Positions 1 through 12,549 of a stretch of 64,000 bases of DNA are shown here, in pieces. The translations under genes and the position numbers were made by a program. The notes beneath the pieces were generated by a model. It was given only the letters and a program-made list of their open reading frames with translations. It was not told the origin of the DNA and did no database searches. Origin of the DNA: Patellaria atrata CBS 101060 (lineage: Eukaryota); the NCBI GenBank assembly GCA_010093705.1, contig MU006096.1, positions 1,138,004-1,202,003 of the forward strand, given 5' to 3'. Every line of letters begins with the position of its first letter. Within the stretch, counting starts at the first letter, position 1.

Positions 1-678
1 CCCGCCAATGACGTCTATGTTTTCGATCCTCTGCGTACCGTCAACTTCTTTTCCCCATCGCTTGGTGTAGTCATCCATCCCTACCTTACTTCCCCGACAT
101 ACGAGAAGCCGCGCTCTCTAGGTCATCGTATCTACCAATCCTTCATCTCCCTCCCAGCTCCTCACCCTCCAATGGCCGCCCTTGAGCGTTGGAACGAAGC
201 TGGCGATTGTTGGTGCACTGCGATGGAACCTATCGGTCGAGCCCAGATTGGCATCCTCCTCCCGAATCCTGTCTACCCGGAATACCTCACTATCGAGCAT
301 ATCCCGAAACCCGAGACGCTGGACATCAAGGCTGCGCCAAGGGTTGTTCAGCTCTGGGGTGAAGTGTTCTCTGCTCAGTCCCGTGCAGATATCATGGCGC
401 AATTGGAATCCTCACCTGGCTGGGTAAGAGAAGATTGCACCAACCCTCCCAGTCCCAACTATGTATGCCTGGGTGTCTTCAGATACAATGCCATGTTCGA
501 AGCCGCCGACGATCCCCCTCGCAAGAAGCACATCCAGTCCTTCAAGCTAGATGTTGACCTCGCAAGCATAGATGTTTCGATAAAGGCGGCCGTGGTGCGT
601 GTCCTTCATAATTATGGCCAGATCTACACATGTCTCTATAGACTACGCCTTCATGGGCAGACCATAGCCACGACGTAA
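1..678 (+). CDS. SUN-domain (Sad1/UNC-84-like) nuclear envelope protein, 3' part (5' truncated by window)
   Basis: Frame 1 is open from base 1 (VNFFSPSLGVVIHPYLTSPT). Contains WNEAGDCWC, TIEHIPK...APRVVQLW and NYGQIYTCLYRLRLHG, typical of fungal SUN domains. Confidence 0.85.
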   Translation, partial: PANDVYVFDPLRTVNFFSPSLGVVIHPYLTSPTYEKPRSLGHRIYQSFISLPAPHPPMAALERWNEAGDCWCTAMEPIGRAQIGILLPNPVYPEYLTIEHIPKPETLDIKAAPRVVQLWGEVFSAQSRADIMAQLESSPGWVREDCTNPPSPNYVCLGVFRYNAMFEAADDPPRKKHIQSFKLDVDLASIDVSIKAAVVRVLHNYGQIYTCLYRLRLHGQTIATT

Positions 679-1358
679 CCCTGAGGCGTATGTTTGAAGA
701 GTTGGAGCTGGTGACCTTTGTGGTTGTCTAGTGCTTGATTTTTATGGTATCTCTGTTGGAACTGGTCTTTTATTCGGTGTCTGGAGCTGGATGATATGAT
801 ACCTTTGTTCAGATGGATGCATTTTCGGTGTTTGGTCTTGGATTAAATTAACTTTTGTCTGGATGGATTCTTTTTCACACTGTGCAGATGGAGTCGATTG
901 GACTTCTTTCTGCATGGATGGTCTTCTGATTTTGAAGATTTCTACGTTTCGTTTCCGACTGGTGGATCTGCTGTGATGTGACGATAGTATAGGGATACTA
1001 ATCAAGGTTTCGGACGCGATTGTAATGACTATGCTACAGAAAGAGCAGAAGCACAGTATAGTATAGTGCGGATAATCAGTTATAGGCTCCATTACGTTAC
1101 CTGGTATACGGTAGGGTTTGGGTTTTGAGGGACGGGGTTTGACGGGTTGGGGTTTTTATGTATATAGATTGTAGAGTCGGTATGTAAGGTAAAGAGCACG
1201 GTATCATGGACAGCACAGTACCATAACGGAATAGAAGGGAAGGTTATATATCCCTAAACGCTACAGACACAGAAGCCCATACCCTCCCATCCACTCAATC
1301 ATCCGCCTCCCTGCTCTCTACCCTCTACCTTCCTTCCACACAACACCACGAACCAACC

Positions 1359-2777
1359 CTACCTCACCGTCGCCCCCTTCAGACTGCCTACAACACAAAC
1401 CCCCCCCTTCGTCCTCAACCTCGCCACACCCTCCGCACCCCTCTCCCCCTCCCTCAGCGCCTCCACATCCCCAACTCGAAACCCCACCTCCGCCTCCTCC
1501 GTTGTCACAAACCCCGGCTGCAAACTCTCCCAAACCTTCTTCTTCGGATTCAGCACTTTCTCCGGCTCGCCCTCCCAGCCCTCAAAAAAAACCCTATCCC
1601 CCGCCACACTCCCCTGTGGGGGCTGCACCAGCTCCACCGGTCCCTTATGCGCGTCCACCTCCCCCTCCTTCACGCGAGGCGAGGCCGCCAACACCATCGC
1701 GGCGCTCTTGACCCCGCGCATCGTGACGGGCTTGAGGTTGCACACGGCGACGATCTTGCGGTTTTGCATTTCCGCGAGGGGCACCAGGCCCGCGAGGCCG
1801 GAGCACACGGTGCGCACGACCTGCCCGTCGTATTCGGAGGTGTGTTCGGTGCCGGGGGGATCCCCGACGGCGATGGTGGAGATGTAGAGGCTGTCGGCGT
1901 TGGGGTGGGCGATGGCGTGGAGGATGTGGCCGACGCGGAGGTCGATGAGGGAAGGGGAGAGGGGCTTTTCGGGGGCGGTCTCTTTGGCGGGTTTGGGCTT
2001 TTTGTCTTTTTTGTCTTTTTTGGGTTTGGGCGTGGTGGTGGGGTCTAGGGTCGTGGGCTCGGAGGTGGTGGGATCGGAGGTGGAGGCGAGGGGAACTTCT
2101 TTGCCCACGGCGGAGGCGACGGCGTTACCGACTTGTTCGATTTTGTCTTTGGCTTTATCTTTCTTCGATTTGCGGGTGTCTTGGGTTTGGGGGGGTTCTG
2201 CCTCGGTTAGAGTGGTGGGTGTTGCGGCTGTTGCGGCGGCGGCGGCGGCTTCCTTTTCTTTCTTCTTGCGCTCTTTCTCCGCTTTGGCATCGATGGGTTT
2301 GAGGGTGAATTTCACGTCGTCGACTTCTATGGCTAGCTTATCGGCATCGTCGAGTTTCAGGCCCACGACCTCGGCATTTTGGAGGAAGTCTACGTAGCGC
2401 ACGATGTGGTGGTAGCCCTGCTCCCCTGTCCTCTCTTCGGGACTCCAGCTCTTGACGACAGAGACGAGACGGGCGAAGAGAGCAACGTCGGCGACTGAGG
2501 GCTTGCTGCCTAGGACCGTCGTGCGGGTTGAGAGGTGTCGGTTCAGTGTTGAGAGACGTTCGGCGGCTTTGGCATCATCCTCGGAGGCGAGACCGATGTG
2601 GGAGGATGTTATGAGCCATTGAGATATCTCTGCCTTCTCGGCGTCGGTGTAGTGGGTTTCGGGATAGATCTCGGCGGATAGCTTGACTGGATCGGAATCG
2701 GTGGCTACAGAGGTGGAAGGGAATGATTTCTGGAGGAGGGAGACGACGGTATCGTTTAGGCTTGTTGCTGAGGCCAT
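1359..2777 (-). CDS. ARC1: tRNA-aminoacylation cofactor Arc1 (GST-like N domain, Lys-rich linker, EMAPII-like tRNA-binding domain)
   Basis: IDLRVGHI...HPNADSLY, RTVCSGL, VCNLKPVTMRGVKSAAMVLAAS, LNPKKKVWE. The conserved start is probably the ATG at 2777; in-frame ATGs exist up to 2993. Confidence 0.92.
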   Translation of the reverse strand: MASATSLNDTVVSLLQKSFPSTSVATDSDPVKLSAEIYPETHYTDAEKAEISQWLITSSHIGLASEDDAKAAERLSTLNRHLSTRTTVLGSKPSVADVALFARLVSVVKSWSPEERTGEQGYHHIVRYVDFLQNAEVVGLKLDDADKLAIEVDDVKFTLKPIDAKAEKERKKKEKEAAAAAATAATPTTLTEAEPPQTQDTRKSKKDKAKDKIEQVGNAVASAVGKEVPLASTSDPTTSEPTTLDPTTTPKPKKDKKDKKPKPAKETAPEKPLSPSLIDLRVGHILHAIAHPNADSLYISTIAVGDPPGTEHTSEYDGQVVRTVCSGLAGLVPLAEMQNRKIVAVCNLKPVTMRGVKSAAMVLAASPRVKEGEVDAHKGPVELVQPPQGSVAGDRVFFEGWEGEPEKVLNPKKKVWESLQPGFVTTEEAEVGFRVGDVEALREGERGAEGVARLRTKGGVCVVGSLKGATVR

Positions 2778-3523
2778 CTTGCGTATGTGGACGAGTTTAA
2801 CAATGGGTGGTAGAGAGTAGCTGCCAGAATGAAAGGTAGGGAGAGCAGAGAAGAGAAATTTTCTACGAGTAGCAAAATGGCGGTTTTGTATTTGAAGTTG
2901 AACTTTTGCACCCCGCCGAAAGATTATACGGGGGAGTTTCGATGTGTGATTTACGAAGGTGGGCATCCACGGCATCTTGCTGCAAGACAACATTAAGTTG
3001 AGTCACTTGAAATTATTTTCTCCAATCAGAATGTACTATACTGTTTCCCCGCTATCACATGAACAGGCGTTTATGGCTTGTACGCGATTTGACGCGAATT
3101 ACAAAACCATGGTATTGTATTTGATATGTATGTAAACCTTGGAGTACACTATACTACCCGCGCCCGCTGTACATTAGATGGAAGTACAACTGGAGAAGGG
3201 CTTCAAACCGTAAGCCATAGGGTGGAAAGAGGTCTGAGAGAGTTTAAGTGGACATCTCTGCCCTCACCACCTTTATTCGTATGGTAGAGCTGAAACGGGG
3301 CACCATATAAAACCCCCAATGCTTCCAGATTAAGTACATTCAGTCCCGGATAACACCAATTTGAAGTCCACTTTGACCGAGGGAGCGAGATCATGGAAAT
3401 GTGACCAGCTTTCTGGGTGGAAACTGTGGCGTTGTATCACGCTTACAGTTCGAACCTTTGCCTTGTCTTTTATTTGCCGGCGTTTTAAATGTTCCTGGAT
3501 GGTTGAATTCCCCATCAACCTTG

Positions 3524-5517
3524 TCAGCGCCTTTCGATCTTCGGTAATTTGATAGAGAGGACGAGACCTAATGCGATTGCCATTTCTACGATTGCGGACA
3601 TGAAGGTCATCCTCAACGCGTCCTCATACGCATGAATGACTTCCCACGTTAGCAGTTGTTCGAGAAGGACATATCATAGAATCCACTCACCTTCTTCTCG
3701 GCGTTCAGGAACCAATCTAGAAATATAGTGGACTGATTTCCTCACATGAGCGATAACCTATGGGACAGTCAACTATTGCCCCTGGATGTGATTCAGAGTG
3801 CCAACCTCATCTTTATCTACACCCGTAACATACATTCCCAAGTACCCTACCAACGCATTTTGTACAATCAAACTACTAACCGCAACCCCCAACACGATGC
3901 CCAAACTCCGACCCAGGGTAAGCGTACTTGTCATAACCGCCTGTTCCGCCTGGGAACTCACGACCAGCACCGCGAGACTGACAGCCGGAAAGCTCAATCC
4001 CTGACCGATACTGTGGGGGACTAGGAACAGCGTCGCGAGCCAGGAAGGGATGTGACCCCACATTAGCGTCAGCAAGATAGGTCCGAGAAGCGCGAATAGC
4101 GAACCGATGATTAGTAGAGGCGTCATACGCTTCGACCACATCATTATGAACCCACTGGATACGCCTGCGATGGTGACGGCTATAGATGCGAGACCAAGCC
4201 TGAACCCAGAGACTGAAGGAGAGTCTAGTTTTACGGCTTGGAAGTAAAGTGGAGCGTTGAAGAGGATAGTATTGTTTCCCAGTTGGGCGAAGAAGTTGGC
4301 AAAGACGAGATGGCCCCTTGGTCTACTGAACAGCATTTGTAGCGGTATAACTGGTGTAGTGGCTTTGGATTCGATACGAAGGAATAGAATCCCGCCGAGG
4401 AAGGATATGACGAGGGATGTGATGATAAAAGGGTGAGTCCAGGAGAGAATGTTTCCCCCTAGATTCAGTCCAAGAATCAGAAATGCGACGGTAAGGCTTA
4501 GGGAGAAGGAACCAGCGAAGTCAAAGGAGCGGATGATTTGCCAAGCGGACTTGTCCGAATTTTTGGCCAAATTGGGACCAAGGTTTGATGGAATGCAGAA
4601 TAAAGCACCGATAAGAACAAGGATAATTGGGGGGGTTTGAATCCCGAAGGTCCATCGCCAGCCAATATGGTCGCAGAGGAAGCCACCGAATGCAGCTCCA
4701 CAAGCTGCTCCGAGGCCGAACGAGAGGTTAATGTATGCCTGGAACGTCCCTCGTCGTTCAATGGGCACGAGATCGTTGGTGATAATGGCTCCCATCGCCA
4801 TACCGCCTCCAGCACCGAGACCCGCGAATGCCCGCGCGGCGATAAAGCTGCCGATGCTAGGGGCTAGAGCACACCATGCAGTGGTAAGAGCGAACATAAA
4901 GAGGGCAAAGATGTACAGGGGACGGCGTCCGATGGTATCAGATATCCTGCCGAATAGGGGCTGGAAGGTAGTTTGAGTGAGAAGGAAGACGGTTGAGAGC
5001 CATGAGGCTGAGTTTGAGGACTTGAAGTAGGAAGTTATGACGGGATGGGCGGATGCCATTAAGGTGCTATCGAACATTGCTATCTGAATAGGTTCAGTGA
5101 TATTATTGAATGCCATGGGGGGTTCTCAATGGCGGCAGATAGGTGAGTCCCAGAGTAACTCACAAAGTAAATTGGTAGTACTGTTCCATATATCAACCAG
5201 AATCTAGCCGCACTTATACCGGTAAGGAATTGGTCATCTTTGGGAAGACTACTATCATTCTCATCCCCATCTTCTTCGTCATCTCTTACTACGTTTGGAC
5301 GATTAGTGGAGGCATGACTGAGAACGGAATATAGCTCGGGAGAGTCAGGTTCTAGTCCAGCAGTTGTATTAGATAATACAGCATTAAGAGTTTCTCCTTT
5401 CCAATGATTCCGGTCAGAGTTTGAAGACTCCGAAGCTGTTGTATTAAGAAGCGGAGTTTGTTCATCACTTCCCTCCTCCTGCTTTCCTATCCTAGAATGG
5501 TTCGACTGGGGGGACAT
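3524..5517 (-). CDS. MFS transporter, DHA2/Vba-like (14-TM), 4 exons
   Basis: N-terminal EQTPLL sorting signal, MFDSTLMAS, FGRISDTIGRR, GWRWTFGIQ. Introns at about 5083-5156, 3748-3795 and 3631-3690. The last exon ends ...IKLPKIERR* with TGA at 3524-3526. Confidence 0.88.
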
Positions 5518-6060
5518 AATGTAATCGAAACAAATGTACTGTACAGGATTTTTATAAGTTTGGATCTAGCATTTCTCTACCTAGAAGTATAGACTCGAGG
5601 AAAGGCGGTCGGGGTAAGTATGTAGCATAGCCGGATCGTGTCTCCACTGCATCCGAACCTGCAAGCAGTAAGGAAGTAACTGTATCTCTACTTATATCTC
5701 CTTCCTCTAAGAGTCATTCCTAAGGATTTACTATATTTCTCGTCCTAGAGCAGAGAGAACATTTCTTCTTCAAGGTCATACGAAAGCACGTGGGATTTAA
5801 GTTACACTGATTGAGATGGAATGCGGTAAGGTAGGACGGATTCTGCTTAGTCATAGATTCGGCCTTTTCCCGACGGAAAACAGATGGAAGCGTATGACAA
5901 TTGGCTCGCATCATTAACCCGATCAATTAGATAACAACAAGTACTCGTACCTTACCGATATAGGCCGCTGACCTGTCATAAGTTACTGATAAACATTCTA
6001 CCCCAACCTCACCATGACTTTCGATACAGTCATCGTCAAAGATCGAGTCAAAGAAACGAA

Positions 6061-6943
6061 ATGGGGTCTCTGGGCACTGCTCCCAAGAAACTGAGGATCG
6101 CCGTACTGGATTGTGATACCCCCCTCGAGCAGACCAAATCCATATACGGATCTTACAGTGGCCGTTTTGAAGTACTGCTTAGACAAGCTGCAGAGGCATT
6201 AAATGATCCGGATCTAATTTCGACGGACCGTTTAGACATCACGAAATGGGATGTGGAGAAGCAGGAGAATTACCCGGCTTTGGAAGATATCGATGCTGTT
6301 CTACTTACGGGATCAAGTGAGTAGTAGTGCATTAAAATCGGACCTCTACCTTAAACACTAATAGATCTATCCAGAAGCAAATGCTTTTGATAATCACCCC
6401 TGGATTGTGAAACTCGTGGATTTCATCAAGCAACTCCTCCAACACGACCGCGTCCGCATCATCGGAGTTTGCTTCGGTCATCAAATCGTTGGCAGAGCTC
6501 TTGGTATCAAAGTCGACAGATCTTCCGCTGGATGGGAAACTGCGGTCACTCCTGTACAGTTGACTGGAAAGGGGAAGGACTTGTTCAAGTTGGATAAGCT
6601 GGTGAGTCTTCTCTATTATATTTTCGAGCCACACATCTGACCAAGTCCAAAGATGATTCAACAAATGCACAAAGACATAGTGTATGGCTTCGCAGATGGT
6701 GTAGAGCAGCTTGGGTTCACGGAGAAATGTGAGAATCAGGGCATGTATAAGAAGGGTAAATTGATCACGGTCCAAGGTCACCCTGAATTCGACGAACAGA
6801 TCATAAGAGAAATCGTTGAATCGAGACATAATAGTGGCATATTTACTGATGAGTGGTATAAGGAGTGTCTAGGACACGCAGCTGATAAGCATGACGGTGT
6901 TGTGGTAGCTCAAGCGTTTTTGAGGTTTCTCTTGGAAGAGTGA
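6061..6943 (+). CDS. Class I glutamine amidotransferase-like protein, 3 exons
   Basis: RIAVLDCDTP, LLTGS, nucleophile elbow GVCFGHQ, catalytic QGHPEF. GT-AG introns at about 6318-6374 and 6602-6652. Confidence 0.9.
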
Positions 6944-7732
6944 TATAATATAGACAAGCGTTTCATGCAGTTTCAATAACAACGATACACGATGCAGAAA
7001 AAGAGTGTGCAGTTGGTTGGGGAAGGGGATGTAACAGAGAACCAAGGAGTACTTTAGCAACGAAACATGATCTCATAGCGGAGAGGCCTTGGATGAAACC
7101 CTGAGCGCATCGCCTTCTATCATTCTTCCATAAGCGTGGGGCACAACGTTGATCTCTGGTGACAAAATGTCAGATAAAATGTTAGAACACATGTATTAAT
7201 GATAAGAGCATAAGTTAGAGTCTATCTGTCCAATAAATTTCATCGAGTTGTCTAAATAATATTTCCTTTCATGCGATCCGTTGGATATCATTGATAAAGT
7301 GCAGAGCCGTCCAAGACCCTTTCAGCAACGCCATCAAATTGAAATTGTACCGAAAGGGAGGGCTGATCCCCTATCGCTCGCCCTTTTCAGGCTTTTCTGG
7401 CTGCGAACTACCTTTTGCTGCCTATCAGTTCTATCTTTGGGGACGTAAGGGGGGTTTGTGGCAACAGTCAAGCCTTCGGGTTGCATGCAACGGCTTTACG
7501 CCATCCCTGACATTTCTCCCGCTATCTTTCACTTTACGAGCCCCAAGGTGTCCCTTCGATCTTTAAACATCTTTTGCCATTCTGAACACGCTCACACTTT
7601 CTAATACTTTATTGCCCTTTTTATCTTCTTCTTCTCTTTCTCAGTCACTCGCTCTTAACCTTGTTCCCTCCTCCAAACTCATGTCTGTACAATTCTCTCC
7701 CTTTTGCCGAGTAACCCCTTTGATGTAAACCG

Positions 7733-10030
7733 ATGGGCAAGTGTAAGTACAGTCCGAGTCAGCTCTAATGACGACGCTCGTATTGCGAATTGAGGGGCAT
7801 TTTCTGACAGGACATGAACAGGGAGATATGGGGTCATATTGGACGCCGGGTCTTCGGTATGCAAACAAATAATCCTCTGTTTGAGCAATCTTTGAGAACG
7901 CGCGGCTGATTGTTGCAGGGCACCCGAGTCCACATATACAAATGGCTCAATAGCGCAAAAGCCCGCGCAAAAGCAGATGAGAAGGAATTGCATGGTCTAC
8001 CAGTCCTAAAAACAGACAAAGATTGGACGAAGAAAATACATCCTGGTATGATCCGTCGGAGTTAATTCCTGATCATCGTTAACCAAACCCTCTCAGGCGT
8101 GTCAACATTTGGTGATACCCCAGAGCTCGTTGGACCCGATCACCTCCAACCACTTTTCGAGCATGCGCTCGATGTTATTCCTAAAAGTCAAGTCGAAAAC
8201 ACCCCCATATTCCTGTTAGCGACAGCTGGAATGCGACTGTTGCCAGCTCCAAAACGAAAGGCACTTCTTGAAGAAATATGTGCCTACGCGCGCGAAAATA
8301 CAAGATTTCAGTTACCAGATTGTGATTTACATATACAAGTGATTCCTGGAGAGACCGAGGGTCTGTATGGTTGGATTGCTGCGAATTATTTGTTGGGTGG
8401 ATTCGACGCGCCAAAGGAGCATGATCATGGAAAAGGACATCACACGTACGGGTTTTTAGATATGGGTGGGGCATCAGCGCAAATTGCATTTTCCCCTAAT
8501 GCGACAGAGGCTAAGAAACATGCCAATGATCTAACGCTCCTTCGAATGCGGACAATCGATGGCAAACCTCTGGAATATCCGGTATTTGTGACTACCTGGC
8601 TCGGTTTTGGGATGCACGAAGCAAGGAGACGATATGTGGAAGCTTTACGGAATTCTACATCACCTGATACTATGGAACTCCCTGATCCTTGCCTACCTCG
8701 GGGACTCAATGTTACTACGGAAGGGAAACATATTACGAAGGGCTCCGACGAATGGAAGGGTCTCCAACCACATCTCCTAGGAACTGGTCTTTTTACTGAG
8801 TGCCTCGCTCAAACTTATCCATTGCTTGACAAAGACGCTCCTTGCCCCGATGCACCATGTCTACTTCACGGAGTGCACGTTCCGGCCATTGATTTCGATG
8901 TGAATCACTTTGTTGGCGTATCAGAATACTGGCACACGACTCACGAGATTTTCGAGGAGGGCCACAAGGACAGGGCGTATGACTTCCATACTTACCAGGA
9001 GCGCGTGAAAGGGTTCTGTACGCAAGACTGGTCCGATATCGAGGATGCAATTGAGAGTAAGAAATGGGGCAAGAAAGTGAACGAGGAAACAGCTCAAGAG
9101 GTCTGCTTTAAAGCATCATGGCTGATTAGAATGCTCCACGACGGCATTGGCGTACCACGAGTCGGCATCGAACATCTCAACACCGACCACAACGGCACCG
9201 CGGAACTCATCGACAACGCCAAAGAAAAAGGCTACCTGGACCCCTTCCAAGCCGTCAACGAAATCCACGACACCGAAGTCAGCTGGACCCTAGGCAAAAT
9301 GGTTCTCTACGCCTCCAGCCAGATCCCCCCAGCAGACAAAGCTCTCGCCGTCGGCTTCGGCAGCAACGGAGCAGGCATCCCCCCAGACTTCCAATACGCA
9401 GGCGGCAAATTCGACCCCAAGATCGACAACCTCACCGACGCCGCCGACGACGACGACGACGATTGGCACGATCACCTCTTCAGCGACTCCCCCCGCCGCA
9501 TCCCCGGCTTCCTCATGTTCGTCGTCATCGTGGCCGTCATCCTCTTCCTCCTCTGCGGCCGCGAGCGCAGGACAACTCTCATCGCAAAGGCCAAACGCTC
9601 TCTCGGCTTCAACCCCACCGGACCGAAGCGCAGGAAGGTCTTCACCGGCAAACTCTTCGGTCTGTCTTCCCAACCGCTCTACGAGCGCGTTCTAGAGGAC
9701 GCCGAGGCGGGCGAATTCGAACTCGCGGACGCGGACTCGGAGAACGAGCACTCGGACTCGTCGGACGGGACGCGCGTGGGTAGGACGTCCGGCTGGGCTA
9801 CACCCAGATTGAACGCGGCGTTTGATCGCAGCCCCGGGTATTTTGATGAGGATGCGTTGGGTGTGGGGGGATTGGTCCCCCCGAGTGTGGTGGGGAATGC
9901 GATGGAGAGGGGGGGCTTGTTGGCCAGGACGGATAGTAGGGAGAGGTTGGCTGCGCCGGTTAGGAGTAGGGCGGGGAGTCCGACGAGGAGGAGTCCGGTG
10001 CTTAAGAGTGTTAGGGAGTTCAGTGATTAG
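7733..10030 (+). CDS. YND1: Golgi apyrase / nucleoside phosphatase (GDA1/CD39 family)
   Basis: Spliced N-terminus MGKWRYGVILDAGSSGTRV; ACR motifs ATAGMRLL, GETEGLYGW, DMGGASAQ, SWTLG; C-terminal TM helix and cytosolic tail (Ynd1 topology). Confidence 0.93.
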
Positions 10031-10112
10031 ATGGTTTGGGGGGTTGGGATGGCGTTTTCTTTTTCTGGAGGGGGGTGTATTGGTGCATTGGTGTTTTTGA
10101 TTCTTTGTGGGG

Positions 10113-10136
10113 TTTTTTTTTTTTTTTTTTTTTTTT
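10113..10136. repeat. Poly-T tract (T24) in the YND1 3' region
   Basis: Direct reading of the sequence. Confidence 0.95.
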
Positions 10137-10231
10137 GGGAGGTATTTGAGGTTGAGGTCTGGGTTTATCAGGTGAGAAGGTGAGAGGGTGAGAGGGCGGA
10201 TAGGGATACAGTGGGTGTGTTGGTCTTTTTA

Positions 10232-11040
10232 CTACTGTACATAGCATACACTCATGGTATCATATTTTAATATCGAGATTGTTTCTTGTGAATTTGGGCT
10301 TTCATTACTGTGCTGTACTGTACTGTACTGTACGGTACATAGAACATACAGGCTCATATTGTAATCTCCCCCTTTAATGCTGACTTTACTACTAACTTTG
10401 TCTAAAGGTTCATATCGTTCTGGGGTTGTATCACGTAACGAGTTTGAGGGACGGGAGGAAGTGTACAGGAAGTGTACAGTACAGCTGGGAAGTTGTGTAG
10501 GAAGTTGTGTGGGGGGAGGTGTACAGTACGAAGAGGGTGTGTACAGTACATGGAGGAAATGAACAGTACAACAGAAGACATGGAGCAATTGAGGAGAAGT
10601 AAAGAAACAGGAGGAACATAGCGAGTAAACATACAGTGAGGAAGATGTTCAGTACGGTTGCCAAACTACCAGAACGGTATACTTATATAAAATACGGGAA
10701 GAACTTGTACAGTGGGCCAAGGGAATGTGGATAAGGATTGATGGTGAGCTGGGCCGTGCATGGCCAGGAAGAAGATGTACACTGAGTCCAACATGGGTTT
10801 ACAGGGGACCGTATAGGGGAGGCGGAGAAGAAGTATGATGCGACTGGCGGGTGGGTGGAAGGATGTACGCTGAGGGAAGAGTAATATGTACGGTGAGAAG
10901 TGACTTGTAGCTGCTCATAAGATCGAGTGGGATATACACTGTACAACACGCGCACCGTACAGTAGTGATCGACTGTACAGTACAAAGTCGAGTAATATGG
11001 CCTAGGACTTCCAACGGTATATTGAGTGTAGAAACGGTAC
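10232..11040. repeat. GTAC/TACAGTA-rich low-complexity intergenic island including a (TACTG)n microsatellite
   Basis: About 24 GTAC tetramers counted by hand in about 810 bp; (TACTG)n at about 10306-10333. Confidence 0.8.
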
Positions 11041-11129
11041 CAGTGATGGAAGTGATTTGGAAGCTTTCAAACTTTCATTATCTATTGCCAGAATAAGTTC
11101 TGAAGGAGAACTCCGAAATCATTTAAATC

Positions 11130-12337
11130 CTAATCGGTCAAGTCTGACTTTCTCACAATCTTGATCCCATTTCTCTCAATCATCCTCGACATGGCTTCTA
11201 TATCCTCATCCGAGTCAACATCCTGTTTAGTCTCCTCCGTAATTCCAGTTCCGCCTGGGCCCTCCCTGAGCTGTTTCGCCTCCTCCTCCCACCGGTTCCT
11301 CTCCTGATCGTCCAATTCGTCTCTCCTATCGATCCACCGCTCTTGCACATCTCTAACATCCATCGTCGTAGCTCCCTCTCTCATGGCGACTTGCCATACG
11401 GTATCGTTTGCACCTTCAGCGCCACCGAAGACATATCCACCTGCCCTATCAATTGCACGGAGAAGCATCATCATCGATGTTTTGTCTTCCACAGCTAGAG
11501 TCTCAAAGCCTACGAGGGAAAAGTCCGTCACGAGGTCGATGATGGCGCGGTTGAGGGCGTCGAACTTGGATCTAGGGCTGTCGTCTTCGCTCTCAGATCC
11601 AGGTTTTGAGGTTGACTGCTTGGCCGCGGGAATGGAGGCGCTGGGCATTGTGGAGGCGAGATGAGGAAGGAGGTATTCTAGGTCTTGAACTTCGGTGTAG
11701 AAGTCGAGGTTAAATGGTAGAGGGGGATATTCGTTCAGCTTATCGATTTTGGTAAGCACGTTCAAGTGAGGTAGGTCCATTTGTAGCATAGTTCTCAATG
11801 CCAGTAAGAGCGCTGAAATGTATATTGGCGGCGATGTGAGGACATATGAATCCGTCATGTGTAAGACTACTAGCTATTGAACCTCGACATTAGCATGTTG
11901 GTCTATTATTCGGTCTTTAGGGAGGAAGCGCGATAGGGAGGGCGGACTCTGTACCCAAACTTTTGGAGGCGGAAGAAGATATTTCGTAGAGACGCATGAT
12001 GAGTGAAAAGCTCCACTTGTCCTGGACAGTCAAAGATCACATAGTCCTCTCCCAGCTCTTTCAGTCCGTCTTCTAGCCACTCGATATTGTCCTCTAGCTC
12101 TTCAAGCGCATACAGGATACCACCGTTAGGGCCTAGCTCTTCAGCTTCCATCACCTCTTCTAAGGGTATGAGCTGCCGCACGTCGACTGCCGGAGTGTAG
12201 GATGTGTGATCGTTGGCTGGATCGAGGTTGACGATGGAGCATTTGCGGCCGATGGCGTTCATGAATTGCTGCATTCCGTCGCAGTAGGTAGATTTGCCCG
12301 ACCCGGGTGGTCCTACTACGAGTTGCGCGAATGGCAT
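11130..12337 (-). CDS. GPN2: GPN-loop GTPase 2
   Basis: MPFAQLVVGPPGSGKSTYC, NLDPAND, LGPNGG, DCPGQVELFTHH, LPFNLDFYTEVQDL. One intron at about 11874-11948. Confidence 0.93.
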
Positions 12338-12549
12338 ATTAAAGACCTTGAGAATCTCAAGTTGAAAAGTTGGATACAGTAAGTAAAAATCTGATGGAAG
12401 AATGAATCGTGGGGAGCTTTCGAAGTGTGGGGGAGGGGTCCGGGGTGAGGTCGAAGCTTTGATGCGCCCTTGGTTAATCTGCAACATACTTTTGTAGAGC
12501 TTCATACGGCATGTGAAAGTTATCAGGACTGCTACCCACTTCAAACACG

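Noticed and set aside
1502..2397. Long plus-strand ORFs over ARC1 (and similar antisense ORFs over YND1, GT8, GT25, KEI1, SCC2)
   Set aside because: Shadow ORFs explained by codon bias and C/G skew of the real genes; no recognisable domains.
10306..10990. CRISPR-like array
   Set aside because: The repeats are short, irregularly spaced words in a eukaryotic locus, with no constant repeat-spacer period and no cas genes.
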